From the NCBI GenBank assembly GCA_020348925.1, contig CP070758.1, forward strand, positions 3,673,688-3,737,687: 64,000 nucleotides of DNA, in the 5' to 3' direction. The position numbers and the translations under genes are program-made. Below, in pieces: positions 19,426 to 29,579 of this stretch. Position 1 is the stretch's first letter. Each line of letters starts with the position of its first letter. The DNA comes from Gemmatimonadota bacterium. GTDB lineage: Bacteria > JBHIER01 > G020348925. Below the pieces are notes generated by a model that worked only from the letters and a program-made list of their open reading frames with translations, did no database searches and was not told where the DNA came from.

Positions 19426-21138
19426 TTATCTCTTTCCACGCATAAGCCACCGCGAAAGCAAACCCCAGATGGAGCCCAACCGTGTCGGCCACTCCAACTT
19501 TCGCTTTTCGCAGATGGTAGAACCTCCCATGTCGTTGATGGCCGACATGAGTTGTCTCATTTGCTCCCCTTCCACATTCCCCCCTACATCTTTCAGTTCG
19601 TCCACTCGCCTCATGACCCTCACGGATTCCCGGATCTGTGCTGCGATCTCACTCCCCCTTCTCGCATCCAACAACTTGTGGTCCACCCTCATCTGGTTCA
19701 ATTGGAACGCAGCTTCATACGTTGCCTGGGCAATCTCGTCGCGGTTCATCCACGCCGTCTCGTAATTGAGCATGTGCTTCCACGTGGGCTGCAGGAAGGC
19801 CTCCCGGTGCTCCTCCAACGTGCGACAGAAGAATCTGTAGCCGTGTTTCTCAGGCTCCTCGAAAGCCCTGCTCCCCGGATCAACGGAAAGGGCAAGAGGA
19901 GCGATGTAGGGATGGACCCGTTGATCCCTGCCGAATGTCTTGAGAAGATCGCCACAGTATCGGGCGGTTTCAGCGACTGAATGGGGTGTCTGCTTGGGGA
20001 GCCCCACGGTGAAGAATATATCAACTCTCTTCACCCCGTTGGAGAGAGCCTCATCGAGAGCTTTTTCAAGACCATGGTTGTCAATGGCCCGACCGAAGGT
20101 TCTGGCAACCTCAGGATCGTGGGACTCGGGCGAGATCTGCAGGTTACAATTGGGGAACACCCTCGAAAGACGATGAATATAATTGTCCGTTAAAGGATTG
20201 AACAATTCGATGACGACATGGTTCTCCACCGCTTTCTGCTCCATCGCTGCGAAGAATCGATCGACGTAGTCGCCGTTGCCCTGGCGAAGATCCCCCAGGA
20301 CAAAGATGGGCGCTTTCGAGTACGTCGAAATCAACCGGATATCCCGAGCCAGATCCTCCGGTTTTCTGAAGGCAGGGCGTTTCCGCCCGCAGACCCTGCG
20401 ATAGCCCGTCCTCGATCCACCACAGGAGATGCAGTCGTTGAGACACCCTCGCCACAGGGTCACGGCCGTGATGGGATAACGGAGCCAGTCTTTAAAGGGC
20501 ACGTGACCGGCCAGATCGAAATGGCGAAAAACGGACCTGGCCATCCCCTTGTAATCGTAGGAGAGCATATCAAGATCATCGGGCACATGGGAGAGAGGAT
20601 TTTCGAACACCTCACCACGTTCGTCCTTCCAGGTCAGGTTGGGGATATTTTCAGGTTTCCGATCTTTATTGATTGCCTCTAAGAGGCGCCGGAGAGGCTC
20701 TTCAGTGGAATCACCCCGCAAGACGAAATCGACATACGGATAGTCGATCAGCTCCCGATGATAATACGATGCGGAAAATCCACCAAAGATGATGGGACTC
20801 TTGGGATGATGTTTCTTCACAAGCCGAGCAACTTCCATACTTCCCTGGGCGTGAACGAGCCAGTGAAGATCGATGCCGAAGGCCCGTGCCCTCAGGGATC
20901 GTACCAATTTCTCCGGATCAAAACCGGGATCGCTCAGCATTCTGTATGCAAGATTGACCGTTCGAACCCCGAAGCCGTGACTCCTCAAGTAGTTCGTCAT
21001 CGTCAGATAGCCCATGGGATACATCTCAAACACGGGCGTCGAGGGGATCACATCGCTTATTGGCCCAAGCAGAGCCGGACGTGTCCGAAAGTCGTATATG
21101 GCCGGTGCATGTAATAATATCAGATCAGGTTTGCTCAT
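19426..21138 (-). CDS. B12-binding radical SAM protein (resembles TIGR04190 family)
   Basis: DLILLHAPAIYDFR, FEMYPMG, GIDLHWLVHAQG, CxxxCxxC (CLNDCISC), SPESHD. Confidence 0.85.
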   Translation of the reverse strand: MSKPDLILLHAPAIYDFRTRPALLGPISDVIPSTPVFEMYPMGYLTMTNYLRSHGFGVRTVNLAYRMLSDPGFDPEKLVRSLRARAFGIDLHWLVHAQGSMEVARLVKKHHPKSPIIFGGFSASYYHRELIDYPYVDFVLRGDSTEEPLRRLLEAINKDRKPENIPNLTWKDERGEVFENPLSHVPDDLDMLSYDYKGMARSVFRHFDLAGHVPFKDWLRYPITAVTLWRGCLNDCISCGGSRTGYRRVCGRKRPAFRKPEDLARDIRLISTYSKAPIFVLGDLRQGNGDYVDRFFAAMEQKAVENHVVIELFNPLTDNYIHRLSRVFPNCNLQISPESHDPEVARTFGRAIDNHGLEKALDEALSNGVKRVDIFFTVGLPKQTPHSVAETARYCGDLLKTFGRDQRVHPYIAPLALSVDPGSRAFEEPEKHGYRFFCRTLEEHREAFLQPTWKHMLNYETAWMNRDEIAQATYEAAFQLNQMRVDHKLLDARRGSEIAAQIRESVRVMRRVDELKDVGGNVEGEQMRQLMSAINDMGGSTICEKRKLEWPTRLGSIWGLLSRWLMRGKR

Positions 21139-21470
21139 TCCGTGCTGTGATCCTCACCTTTGTTTTGATCATTCAATTCAATGATCGTCGCTCCCCAACC
21201 ACCGTAACCGGCCGGAGCATCGCCAAACCAGAGAACATGAGGATTGCTCCGGAGCGCTTTTCGGACTTCGTATTTCAACCTGCTCTTTCCCTTTCCGTGA
21301 ATGATCCGGAGACTCTTCAAGTTTTTCTCGACGGCGCTCTCTATAAAATTGCGAATGATCTCAGGGATTTGGTCTGGAAAGAATCCGTGAAGGTCGAGAA
21401 CGTCGGTGATTTCGACGGGTTCGGGGACGTGCATCTCTCCATTTTTCATTGTCTCGTTGGATGGCTTCAT
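21135..21470 (-). CDS. Smr-domain protein
   Basis: LDLHGF, IIHGKG, GGWGATI. Confidence 0.9.
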   Translation of the reverse strand: MKPSNETMKNGEMHVPEPVEITDVLDLHGFFPDQIPEIIRNFIESAVEKNLKSLRIIHGKGKSRLKYEVRKALRSNPHVLWFGDAPAGYGGWGATIIELNDQNKGEDHSTE

Positions 21471-21514
21471 GGTAGCAGAGTCACAATTTTATGTTTTGAC
21501 TTTTCGACTTCAAA

Positions 21515-23734
21515 TCAAAGATTCTCCAAAAAATACTCCGTAATCATCTCAAAGAGATGAACCCTCGCTTCCTCACCCAGAATACTGTGGGCTTTCCCAG
21601 GATAGATCATCAAATCGAAATGCTTGCCAGCATTCTGTAATGCCACTGCCAACTGCATCGTGTTCGCCAGATGGACATTATCATCAGAGCTGCCGTGGGC
21701 CAACAACAGTTTCCCCTTGAGACCATCGGCGTACTGCATGACAGAACTCCTTTCATATCCCTCCGGGTTATCCTCAAGCGTACTCATGTAACGTTCAGTA
21801 TAAATGGTATCATAGTTTTTCCAGTCCGTCACCGGTGCGACGGCAACGCCCACCTTGAAATAGTCAGGTTCTTTCAGCATGCACATGCATGTCGTATATC
21901 CACCATAGCTCCAACCCCACATACCTATGCGGTCCTGATCGACATATGGCAAGGTCTGAAGATACTTGATTCCACTCACGTTATCCCTCACCTCATATTC
22001 TCCCAGATTTTTGTATACCGTCCACATCCACTCAGTTCCCCGCCCAAAGGTCCCGCGATTGTCAAGACCGAAAACAATATAACCCTTCTGAGCCATGAGC
22101 TCATGCCACAACCTACCCATACCCTTCTTCCATTCATTTACAACTATCTGCGAAGCAGGCCCCCCGTAAGTATAGATCAGAACCGGATACCTTTTCGACG
22201 GATCGAAATCCGGAGGTTTGATCATAAAGGCATTCAATTGAACACCGTCATCCGAGAGAACGCTCAAAAACTCAGGCGGTGAGAGTGCAAACTCCTCAAA
22301 CAACACCTTCATCTCGTTCGGCTCAAGTATCTCCTTCAAACTTCCAGTGTGCGTATACAACGATACTCTCGGGGGTGATGAAATGCTGGAATACGTATCG
22401 AGGTAATACGCATTGTCCGGTTTCATGTTAATTTCGTGAGAACCATCACCAGTCGTGAGCCTCTCAAGTCCGGCGCCGTCAAGACGTACAACATAGAGAT
22501 GTCGCTCGATAATACTTTTCTCCGTGGCAAGAAAGTATACTCTTCCCCTCTCCTCAGCAAGCGCCACCAACTCCGTCACATCCCAAGGCCCGCTTGTAAG
22601 CTGGCGCACAAACCCTCCCTCCAAATCGTAGAGGGACAAATGGGTATAGCCATCTTGTTGGGACAACCAGAGAAAAGCTTTCTCATGTTCCAGGAAGGTC
22701 AAAACATCATTCATTTCAATCCAGCCGTCCTGCACCTCATCAGTCAAAATGATTCGACTTTGTCCTGTCCTCACATCCGCTAGGAGGAGCTCAAGTTTAT
22801 TCTGTTTTCTATTGAGACGCTGGATAGCCAGTCTCTCGCCATCCGGATGCCAATGAATACGAGGTATGTAAACGTCCCTCTCTGGACCAAGATCCATCCA
22901 GACCGTCGCAAAAGGCCGCTCTATGGGTACGACTCCGATGTCCACGGTCGCATTTCGATCTCCAGGTTTCGGATACCGCACGGGGTGCATCTCATTGTGC
23001 ACAGGGATGAAGTCGACTACGGGAAATTCGGGGATGTGGCGTTCATCAACTTGAAAGTAGGCAATATACTTGCCGCCCGGAGACCAGAAGAATCCCGTCC
23101 TGATATCAAACTCCTCCTCGTAGACCCAGTCGAAGCGCCCGACCAGAAGGTGCGCCGTCCCCTGATTCGTCAATTGCGTCATCGTCCCCGTTTCAATATT
23201 GAGGACATGGAGATTGTCTCTCTTCAGAAAAGCGAGGGAGGTACCATCCGGCGAAAATTGAGGATCACGCTCCTCCTCCTCGTCCTCGGTGAGTCGCTTG
23301 AGGACCCCTGAGGAGAGATGATACAGATAGAGATCCTGTTTGTCGGGAAACAAGATGTCCGCGCCTGTCGGGGACCATATATAATTATCCAGGGTGAACC
23401 GCTTTTCTCGTCTCTGTTCCCCGAGAACGCTCACTTCCTCTGAACTTACGACAAGGGATCGCTGGCCCGAGTCGATATCATAATTCCATATTTCGAGATT
23501 TCCGGTCTCCTCGTCGGTCCGAAGATACGTAACCCCCTTCCCATCCGGTCTCCATTGCACACCGTCGAGAGAAGCGCTTTCGAACTTTTCTTTGCCGTAC
23601 ACCTGCTCCACAGTGAGATGTTTTTGTGCGGCCAGCGGATCGCTTGTGAATAGGAACAGGATCAGTCCCACGAACAGTGAACTTAACCTTTTGAGATGAT
23701 TCATGTTGAAATAGAAATCTTGTTTCTTTGACAT
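21515..23734 (-). CDS. Dipeptidyl peptidase IV (S9 family); start uncertain
   Basis: DWVYEEE, YPKPG, GWSYGG nucleophile motif, DDNVH, YPGKAH; signal peptide. Confidence 0.93.
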   Translation of the reverse strand: MSKKQDFYFNMNHLKRLSSLFVGLILFLFTSDPLAAQKHLTVEQVYGKEKFESASLDGVQWRPDGKGVTYLRTDEETGNLEIWNYDIDSGQRSLVVSSEEVSVLGEQRREKRFTLDNYIWSPTGADILFPDKQDLYLYHLSSGVLKRLTEDEEEERDPQFSPDGTSLAFLKRDNLHVLNIETGTMTQLTNQGTAHLLVGRFDWVYEEEFDIRTGFFWSPGGKYIAYFQVDERHIPEFPVVDFIPVHNEMHPVRYPKPGDRNATVDIGVVPIERPFATVWMDLGPERDVYIPRIHWHPDGERLAIQRLNRKQNKLELLLADVRTGQSRIILTDEVQDGWIEMNDVLTFLEHEKAFLWLSQQDGYTHLSLYDLEGGFVRQLTSGPWDVTELVALAEERGRVYFLATEKSIIERHLYVVRLDGAGLERLTTGDGSHEINMKPDNAYYLDTYSSISSPPRVSLYTHTGSLKEILEPNEMKVLFEEFALSPPEFLSVLSDDGVQLNAFMIKPPDFDPSKRYPVLIYTYGGPASQIVVNEWKKGMGRLWHELMAQKGYIVFGLDNRGTFGRGTEWMWTVYKNLGEYEVRDNVSGIKYLQTLPYVDQDRIGMWGWSYGGYTTCMCMLKEPDYFKVGVAVAPVTDWKNYDTIYTERYMSTLEDNPEGYERSSVMQYADGLKGKLLLAHGSSDDNVHLANTMQLAVALQNAGKHFDLMIYPGKAHSILGEEARVHLFEMITEYFLENL

Positions 23735-23986
23735 TTCGATTATTCTTCTCTCCTGCAAAATAGAAGAGTTCTACCCTTTTCACTCTCAGTGAATCTAAGA
23801 CAGTGTCATCGGGGTCTTATAATATGAGTGAGGTATTGATGTTACCGGCGCCTCGTGCCTTCCTGAGGCCGATGCAAATATAATTAATTTGCCCGGTATA
23901 AACAAGGTGGAACAGGCTGCATCAGTGAGATCGAGGCTTTCTGTGAGTACCCTCGTACTGTTTCTTCCACATTTTTTTATCCACGA

Positions 23987-24013
23987 TGTAACAATTTTCT
24001 CCTGCATACGTCT
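23987..24013 (+). promoter_or_regulatory. ECF-type promoter
   Basis: TGTAAC-N16-CGTCT just before the ECF sigma start codon. Confidence 0.6.
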
Positions 24014-24019
24014 CTTTAG

Positions 24020-24547
24020 GTGAAGAAGATGAAAACGGCTCAATTCAAACGGGTTGCACAGCAGTACAAGGATTTCATTTACAGTTACGCCTACTACTTT
24101 ACAGGCACTCGTGAAGACGCCGAGGATCTGACACAGGAGATGTTGCTCAAGATATGGGAGAACATGGATTCACTCCGCCTTGGACTGACCAAGAGCTGGG
24201 TCACGAAGGTGACCAGAAACCTGTGTATCGACTGGTTGAGGCGAAGGGGGGCAAGGCCTGAAACGCCACCGCCGCTTGATTCGGGTGAACGCGACCCTGA
24301 TCTCCCGGCTCCTTTCGTGGAATCTGATGTTGAGACAGAAGAGTTGAGAAGGAATATCAAAAAGGCGATAGCCAAACTTCCGGAGAAATCGAGGAGCGTG
24401 ATTATTTTGAGAGAGATCGAAGATTTGAAATACGAAGAGATCAGCGAAGTGCTGGACATGCCCATCAACTCTGTCAAATCCTACATTCACCGTGGCCGGC
24501 GCCTGCTGCGCCAGCATCTGAGCGCAATATACGAAAATGATTATTGA
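24020..24547 (+). CDS. ECF RNA polymerase sigma factor
   Basis: DAEDLTQE, RNLCIDWLRR, YEEISEVLDMPINSVKSYIHRGR. Confidence 0.93.
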   Translation: MKKMKTAQFKRVAQQYKDFIYSYAYYFTGTREDAEDLTQEMLLKIWENMDSLRLGLTKSWVTKVTRNLCIDWLRRRGARPETPPPLDSGERDPDLPAPFVESDVETEELRRNIKKAIAKLPEKSRSVIILREIEDLKYEEISEVLDMPINSVKSYIHRGRRLLRQHLSAIYENDY

Positions 24548-24556
24548 ACGGGAAGC

Positions 24557-25126
24557 ATGGAAATGGTAACGTGTAAGAAAATCGACAGTCTCTTGGAATC
24601 CTTTGTGGATGGGGATCTTGCCCTGGATCTCAGTCAGGACATTCGTGATCATGTCGCCGATTGTCCCGACTGTCGGATCAAATTACAGCTGGCCAAGGAC
24701 ATTGCCGCTGAACTCCATTGTTTCCCGCAGCAAACATGTCCTGATTCTGTTGTACAAAAAGTACTCGCTCGGGTGCAAACCAGGCGTAAGACAGTCTTTG
24801 GCCGACTCCTGCCAGCCCTGTCTCAAGTGCGGCCGCGTTACGACCTGGGTTTTTCCTTGGGATTCGTTCTCATTCTTGTGGCTTTTGTTTCTCTCAGCAT
24901 CTATCACCCCAGTCTCATCTTTAAAGACAAGCGGCCCCATTACACCGAAGAGGAAATTGCTCAGGCCAAGAAAGACATTTACATGGCCCTGGGATACGTC
25001 AATTACGCCACAAACCGCATGCAACAGATCATTGAGAAAGAGGTTGTCCCGCAGAAGGTGATCCGTCCCCTTCAAAAAAGTCTCGACGCCATTCATACCA
25101 ACAAAGAGAAAGGAGATACATCATGA
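24557..25126 (+). CDS. Zinc-binding anti-sigma factor with TM helix
   Basis: HxxxCxxC (HVADCPDC), central TM segment, follows ECF sigma. Confidence 0.88.
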   Translation: MEMVTCKKIDSLLESFVDGDLALDLSQDIRDHVADCPDCRIKLQLAKDIAAELHCFPQQTCPDSVVQKVLARVQTRRKTVFGRLLPALSQVRPRYDLGFSLGFVLILVAFVSLSIYHPSLIFKDKRPHYTEEEIAQAKKDIYMALGYVNYATNRMQQIIEKEVVPQKVIRPLQKSLDAIHTNKEKGDTS

Positions 25127-25704
25127 AAAAAGCATTATTCATCTCCGCAGCACTTCTATTGATCCTGTTGGCCTTTAACGCTGGGGCCGATGATGAGAAA
25201 TTGGAAAAGCTCCCCGGCTATTTCGATTTCGGCTCCTTCGATGATTACCAGGACAGAGAGACATCAGTGGAAGTCTATGTCAAAGAGCCGCTTCTTTCAA
25301 TCGTTCGAGTGGCTATGCGCCGTGAGGAGCCCGAACTCGCGGAATTGCTCTCCAAAATCAAGCTGATCAAAGTTCGCACGTTCTCCATCGATGATCAGGA
25401 CACTGACGAAATCAGTACCAGGGTCACCGACATGGGCCAAAAATTGGACAGGGAGGGATGGGAGAAAATCGTCCGGGTGAAGGATTACGACGAACAGGTC
25501 TACGTCTACATGAAGTCGACGAACGGAAATATTGATGGCATGGTCGTCATCGCTGTCGAATACGATGAAGAGGCAGCCTTCGTCAATATCGTCGGCGAGA
25601 TCACTCCGGAATCATTGGAGAAATTGTACGGCCGGTTCAGCATTCCGGAGCTGGATTCGATCCGGACGTCTTCACGTTCCAAAAGAATAGGGAGAATCAG
25701 ATGA
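25123..25704 (+). CDS. DUF4252-like secreted protein
   Basis: Signal peptide, PGYFDF, GWEKIVRVKD, FVNIVGEI; overlaps anti-sigma stop. Confidence 0.8.
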   Translation: MKKALFISAALLLILLAFNAGADDEKLEKLPGYFDFGSFDDYQDRETSVEVYVKEPLLSIVRVAMRREEPELAELLSKIKLIKVRTFSIDDQDTDEISTRVTDMGQKLDREGWEKIVRVKDYDEQVYVYMKSTNGNIDGMVVIAVEYDEEAAFVNIVGEITPESLEKLYGRFSIPELDSIRTSSRSKRIGRIR

Positions 25705-26249
25705 AATCGAGATCGATTATCCTTATCGTAACTCTTGGACTGATCCTTCCACTCGTATCAGGATGTGTTTTTACTCCGGATTTAGATTGCATCCAACGGA
25801 TTGTGGCCACACAGATCGAGCCGGCTACGATGAAAACCCAGGTCAAACTGAATCTGGGGCCGGTGGCCCTGTCACTGGCGAGAATGATCACCGGCTTTGC
25901 CAACGTCGAGGATGAGGTCCAGGATTATCTCTCCTGCATAAAACGGGTCGAGTTGAATGTCCAGGAGATCTCCGGTCTTCACGCCATGCGTTCGATTCGA
26001 TGGCCCAAGGACGTAGAGCACAAGCTGAAGCGCGAAGGGTGGGAAACTCTTGTCAAGGCAAAGGAAGAGGACGAGATTACGTTTATCCTGTACAAGACAC
26101 GCAAGAACAGAATATTGTCATTGTATGTCATCAATCTCAACCTCGATGAGCTTGTTCTCGTGAAGGTGGAGGGGAGGCTCGATACCCTTATCACCCGCGC
26201 GCTGGAGAATCACGGCTTCGTGGTGGACTTGACGGCGGATTTCCATTAG
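25701..26249 (+). CDS. DUF4252-like lipoprotein, paralog of the preceding gene
   Basis: Lipobox-like VSGC, GWETLVKAKE, LVKVEGRLD. Confidence 0.72.
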   Translation: MKSRSIILIVTLGLILPLVSGCVFTPDLDCIQRIVATQIEPATMKTQVKLNLGPVALSLARMITGFANVEDEVQDYLSCIKRVELNVQEISGLHAMRSIRWPKDVEHKLKREGWETLVKAKEEDEITFILYKTRKNRILSLYVINLNLDELVLVKVEGRLDTLITRALENHGFVVDLTADFH

Positions 26250-26273
26250 ACATTCGCGTCATGGGTGGAAAAA

Positions 26274-26315
26274 GGGGACAGGTGACTTTTCCCAGATAAA
26301 ATCACCTTGATCCCC
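26274..26315. repeat. Imperfect palindrome after ECF operon (REP-like or terminator)
   Basis: GGGGACAGGTGACTTTT...AAAATCACCTTGATCCCC. Confidence 0.5.
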
Positions 26316-26763
26316 CGGTTTCTATACGCCGGGCGAATATTGCTACGGGGATATATATTTCATCTCCATTGTGTCCCACTGCCCTTTGTATTTCTAAAAG
26401 AACGGGTTCCTCTCAACAAGTGAGATAAACCATTCGTTTCAGAAAAGCTTGTGTTGCATTTGTTGTGCAAGGAACAATAATAGCTTCCAAAGGAAATTCC
26501 TATACGACCGAGTTACCGCATCAGCGGTTCATCTCTTTGAGTCCCCAGCAGGTAACACATTCCTCAATAAAATTTTCGGGTTAAACTGCACTGTTCTTCG
26601 GCAAAGCTCTGGGTAAAATTTTAATGCAGCGCTATTCGTGACGGCCCTTTGCCAACCGCTCCATACCTTACAACGTATAATAGTATCCATGTGCCGTGGA
26701 AAACACAACCACTCCTCCTACATGTTTCAATGTTGAGGTTCCCGTCATTCCGGGCAAAAGAAA

Positions 26764-26794
26764 ACCTCCCGGGAGTTTTAAAACTTCGGGAGGT
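26764..26794. repeat. REP-like palindrome
   Basis: ACCTCCCGGGAGTTTTAAAACTTCGGGAGGT, resembles 4634-4664. Confidence 0.55.
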
Positions 26795-27442
26795 AACATG
26801 TCTTTTTTCTTATCGATTTCCCGAATTCTCAATTCCGGACTTTTTTCTATCTCCTCTCTTGTTTTGGTGATACGGAAATAACGTATAAATTAACTCTGTA
26901 ACTGATTATTCAAAAGATCTGAAAAATACAATTTCCAAAAAATTCCGCTATGTTCCCTCTTTTCGAAACGGTAAAATCAAAAAGGAATACCGAAATGGTC
27001 GAGTATGCACCTTGTGAGCAAGAGGATGATGTCGTATCCTGAAAAATCGGATCAGGCCTGAATGGTTCCATCAGGATTCCAGAGGAGTGGGCTTTATGAA
27101 TTTCCGCTCCTGCTTTCAAGGGACAAGCATGACAGTTAGAAAAATAACATCTCCCTATTGAGAGACTCAATTCCTCAAACAGTGCATAGGAAGAGATGGA
27201 TAATCACTTGAATGAGCGTAAAAACCTTTATATCAACTCCTTTTCATTATTAAGAGGTTCATCACAGACAAATAAAACAGATGATGATCAAAGAGATCTT
27301 GATCATAGGAATGATGCACAAAAAGCGGGGTGGTTGAATATGACAAATACTATCCTTCCCTCGAAAAGATTTGTATCTCCATTCACGAATCAAGAGCTCA
27401 AAAGGAATCCATCTCTTCACGGAAAACACAAACCTAAGATTT

Positions 27443-28900
27443 TTATATATTAAACAAATTTACTCGTGTTGTCAATATGGTAAGATTATGTACATAATGC
27501 GTACGAAATCTACGCGTTATGAGATGGCGAGTAGTTTTAAGATCTTTGAAGTAGGTGGTTAGGTTGATTTTCTTATTCGACAAACCGAGCTTCTTACGGA
27601 TGTTATTCCGGTGCCTTTCCACGGTCCTGTGCGAGGAATGTTTCAGACGGGCGATCTCCTTGGACGTTAGTCCGCTCCGGATCATGTTGCAGATTTCGAT
27701 CTCCTTGGGGGTCAGGCTGTGCAGCTTTCTCGAAATCCTATTCCCGAAGGAGGATATGAGTTGTTTCACATTTTCTTCTAAGAGTGTGATGTACATACTG
27801 TCAAGAGACGACGTCTCCTTTCGCAGTTTCGTCAAGAGCGGAAGCAAAAGACTGTCAACATTGGCCACGACCTCTCCCTCAATTCTCTCTTTTTCCACCC
27901 TCAACTGCCCTGTCAGTTCCCTGAGAGCAATATTTTTTTCCTGAAAGAGCACATTCTGCTTTGTAAGTTTCCTCTCACTTTTCCTGAGCTCTCCGACCGC
28001 CTTTTTTCGCTCAGCAATCTCCTGGCGAAGTTTCACATTCGCAGCATGCAACTCTGCCGTGCGCTTCATTACCCGCATTTCCAGTTCATCTTTGAGCCTT
28101 TGCAGTGCTTCCTCGGCCCGCTTCCTGTCCGTAATCTCCTGAGAGATGATCTGAACAGCAAATGGCTCGCCGTGTGTCTCCTTGATGGGTCGGATGCTCG
28201 ATGAAAACCAACGTTTGCCAGCAGGGAGTTCAAACGCATCCTCAAAATAATCCCCCTCCCCCGACTCGAAAACCCGACGATTCCTTTCCAGTAGCTCATG
28301 GCCCCTCTCAGGAAAAAGTTCATGCATTGATTTACCCACAAAAGCATCCGGTGCTCCACCGAGATTGAGAGCCCCCTTGGTATTCATCCATAACACGACG
28401 CCATCCCTATTAAAAAGCGTGATGGCCGTGCCTGAATGTTCCACAAGCAACCGATATCTCTCCTCGTTCTCTTTGAGAGCTTCCTCTGCCCGCACCCGCT
28501 CGGTGATGTCTCGAACCGATTCAACAATACCCGTCAATGCACCATCTTCGCTGAACAGCGGCGAGGCAATGATCTCGACAAGGGTTTTCTCTTTGTCTCC
28601 TGAGACGTGTTCGTGTAACATAGTGACAGGGCGTAACGTTTTTCGAACCTGCTCAAAGGGGCAGGGATGAGCAGTGCCATCGCATGGTATTTCCCGATCG
28701 TGGAAAGCCCGATAACAATAGAGGGGTCCGCTTTCTCCACCAATTGGGAGGCTCTTCCAGGCCGCATGGTTCATCAATTTCACTTCGTACTTGTCATTGA
28801 TGAGAAGAATCGGAATATCCACAGCATCTATGATACTGCGCATAAGTGTAGGGGTTGCAAACTTCTCCTTTTCCAACTCTGCGCAATCGATCTTTTCCGG
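27443..28900 (-). CDS. PAS-PAS-LuxR transcriptional regulator; 5' end lost in gap
   Basis: RDITER and QEITDRK PAS/PAC ends, coiled coil, LTPKEIEICNMIRSGLTSKEIA...TVERHRNNIRKKLG. Confidence 0.9.
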   Translation of the reverse strand, partial: PEKIDCAELEKEKFATPTLMRSIIDAVDIPILLINDKYEVKLMNHAAWKSLPIGGESGPLYCYRAFHDREIPCDGTAHPCPFEQVRKTLRPVTMLHEHVSGDKEKTLVEIIASPLFSEDGALTGIVESVRDITERVRAEEALKENEERYRLLVEHSGTAITLFNRDGVVLWMNTKGALNLGGAPDAFVGKSMHELFPERGHELLERNRRVFESGEGDYFEDAFELPAGKRWFSSSIRPIKETHGEPFAVQIISQEITDRKRAEEALQRLKDELEMRVMKRTAELHAANVKLRQEIAERKKAVGELRKSERKLTKQNVLFQEKNIALRELTGQLRVEKERIEGEVVANVDSLLLPLLTKLRKETSSLDSMYITLLEENVKQLISSFGNRISRKLHSLTPKEIEICNMIRSGLTSKEIARLKHSSHRTVERHRNNIRKKLGLSNKKINLTTYFKDLKTTRHLITRRFRTHYVHNLTILTTRVNLFNI

Positions 28901-29000
28901 NNNNNNNNNNNNNNNNNNNNNNNNNNNNNNNNNNNNNNNNNNNNNNNNNNNNNNNNNNNNNNNNNNNNNNNNNNNNNNNNNNNNNNNNNNNNNNNNNNNN
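28901..29000. other. 100-N assembly spacer
   Basis: Run of exactly 100 N. Confidence 0.99.
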
Positions 29001-29579
29001 AACGAACCGGCTTGCGCCTCCGCCTGCCTCGTAGGTGCCTTCAAGAAGACGCCTGAGGGAGCAGTTACATACAATGAGGATATATGTATCGGTTGCCGAT
29101 ACTGCATGACTGCCTGCCCCTTCTACATCCCCGCCTATGACTACGCCAGCCCCTTCAGTCCAAGGGTTAGCAAATGTACGCTCTGCTATGACAGGATTAA
29201 AGGGGGCGATGTGACGGCATGCGCCGAAGCTTGCCCTGCTGAAGCTATCCTATTCGGCAAAAGGAACGAGCTGATCGATATTGCCCGGCAACGGATTCGG
29301 GAAGATCCAGACGCATACGTAAACCATATTTATGGTGAGTATGAAGCCGGGGGAACGAGCTGGTTGTACCTTTCAGCAGTTCCCTTCGAGAAAATCGGAT
29401 TCCAGAAGGACATCGATAAAACTCCACCTCTGGCCCGTGCCGGGGGATTTCTCTCAATGGTTCCTGCCGTACTCGTGATATGGCCGGCTCTTCTGGGAGC
29501 CTTTTATTCTGTGGCAAAACGTCGGGATACAATTGCTGAAGTCACAGACACGACTAAAAAAAGAGAGGGGGTGAAATAA
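29001..29579 (+). CDS. 4Fe-4S dicluster protein, HmcB/HybA-like; 5' partial
   Basis: PACASAC, CIGCRYCMTACP, KCTLC, ACAEACP, IYGEYEAGGTSWLYLS, C-terminal TM helix. Confidence 0.9.
   Translation, partial: NEPACASACLVGAFKKTPEGAVTYNEDICIGCRYCMTACPFYIPAYDYASPFSPRVSKCTLCYDRIKGGDVTACAEACPAEAILFGKRNELIDIARQRIREDPDAYVNHIYGEYEAGGTSWLYLSAVPFEKIGFQKDIDKTPPLARAGGFLSMVPAVLVIWPALLGAFYSVAKRRDTIAEVTDTTKKREGVK

Noticed and set aside
26420-26520. c-di-GMP-I riboswitch-like fragments (GATAAACCATTCG, GAGTTACCG)
   Set aside because: Core GAAA hairpin and GCAAAGC elements missing
27030-27135. Degenerate GTCAT...-type REP remnant
   Set aside because: Too decayed to delimit or support
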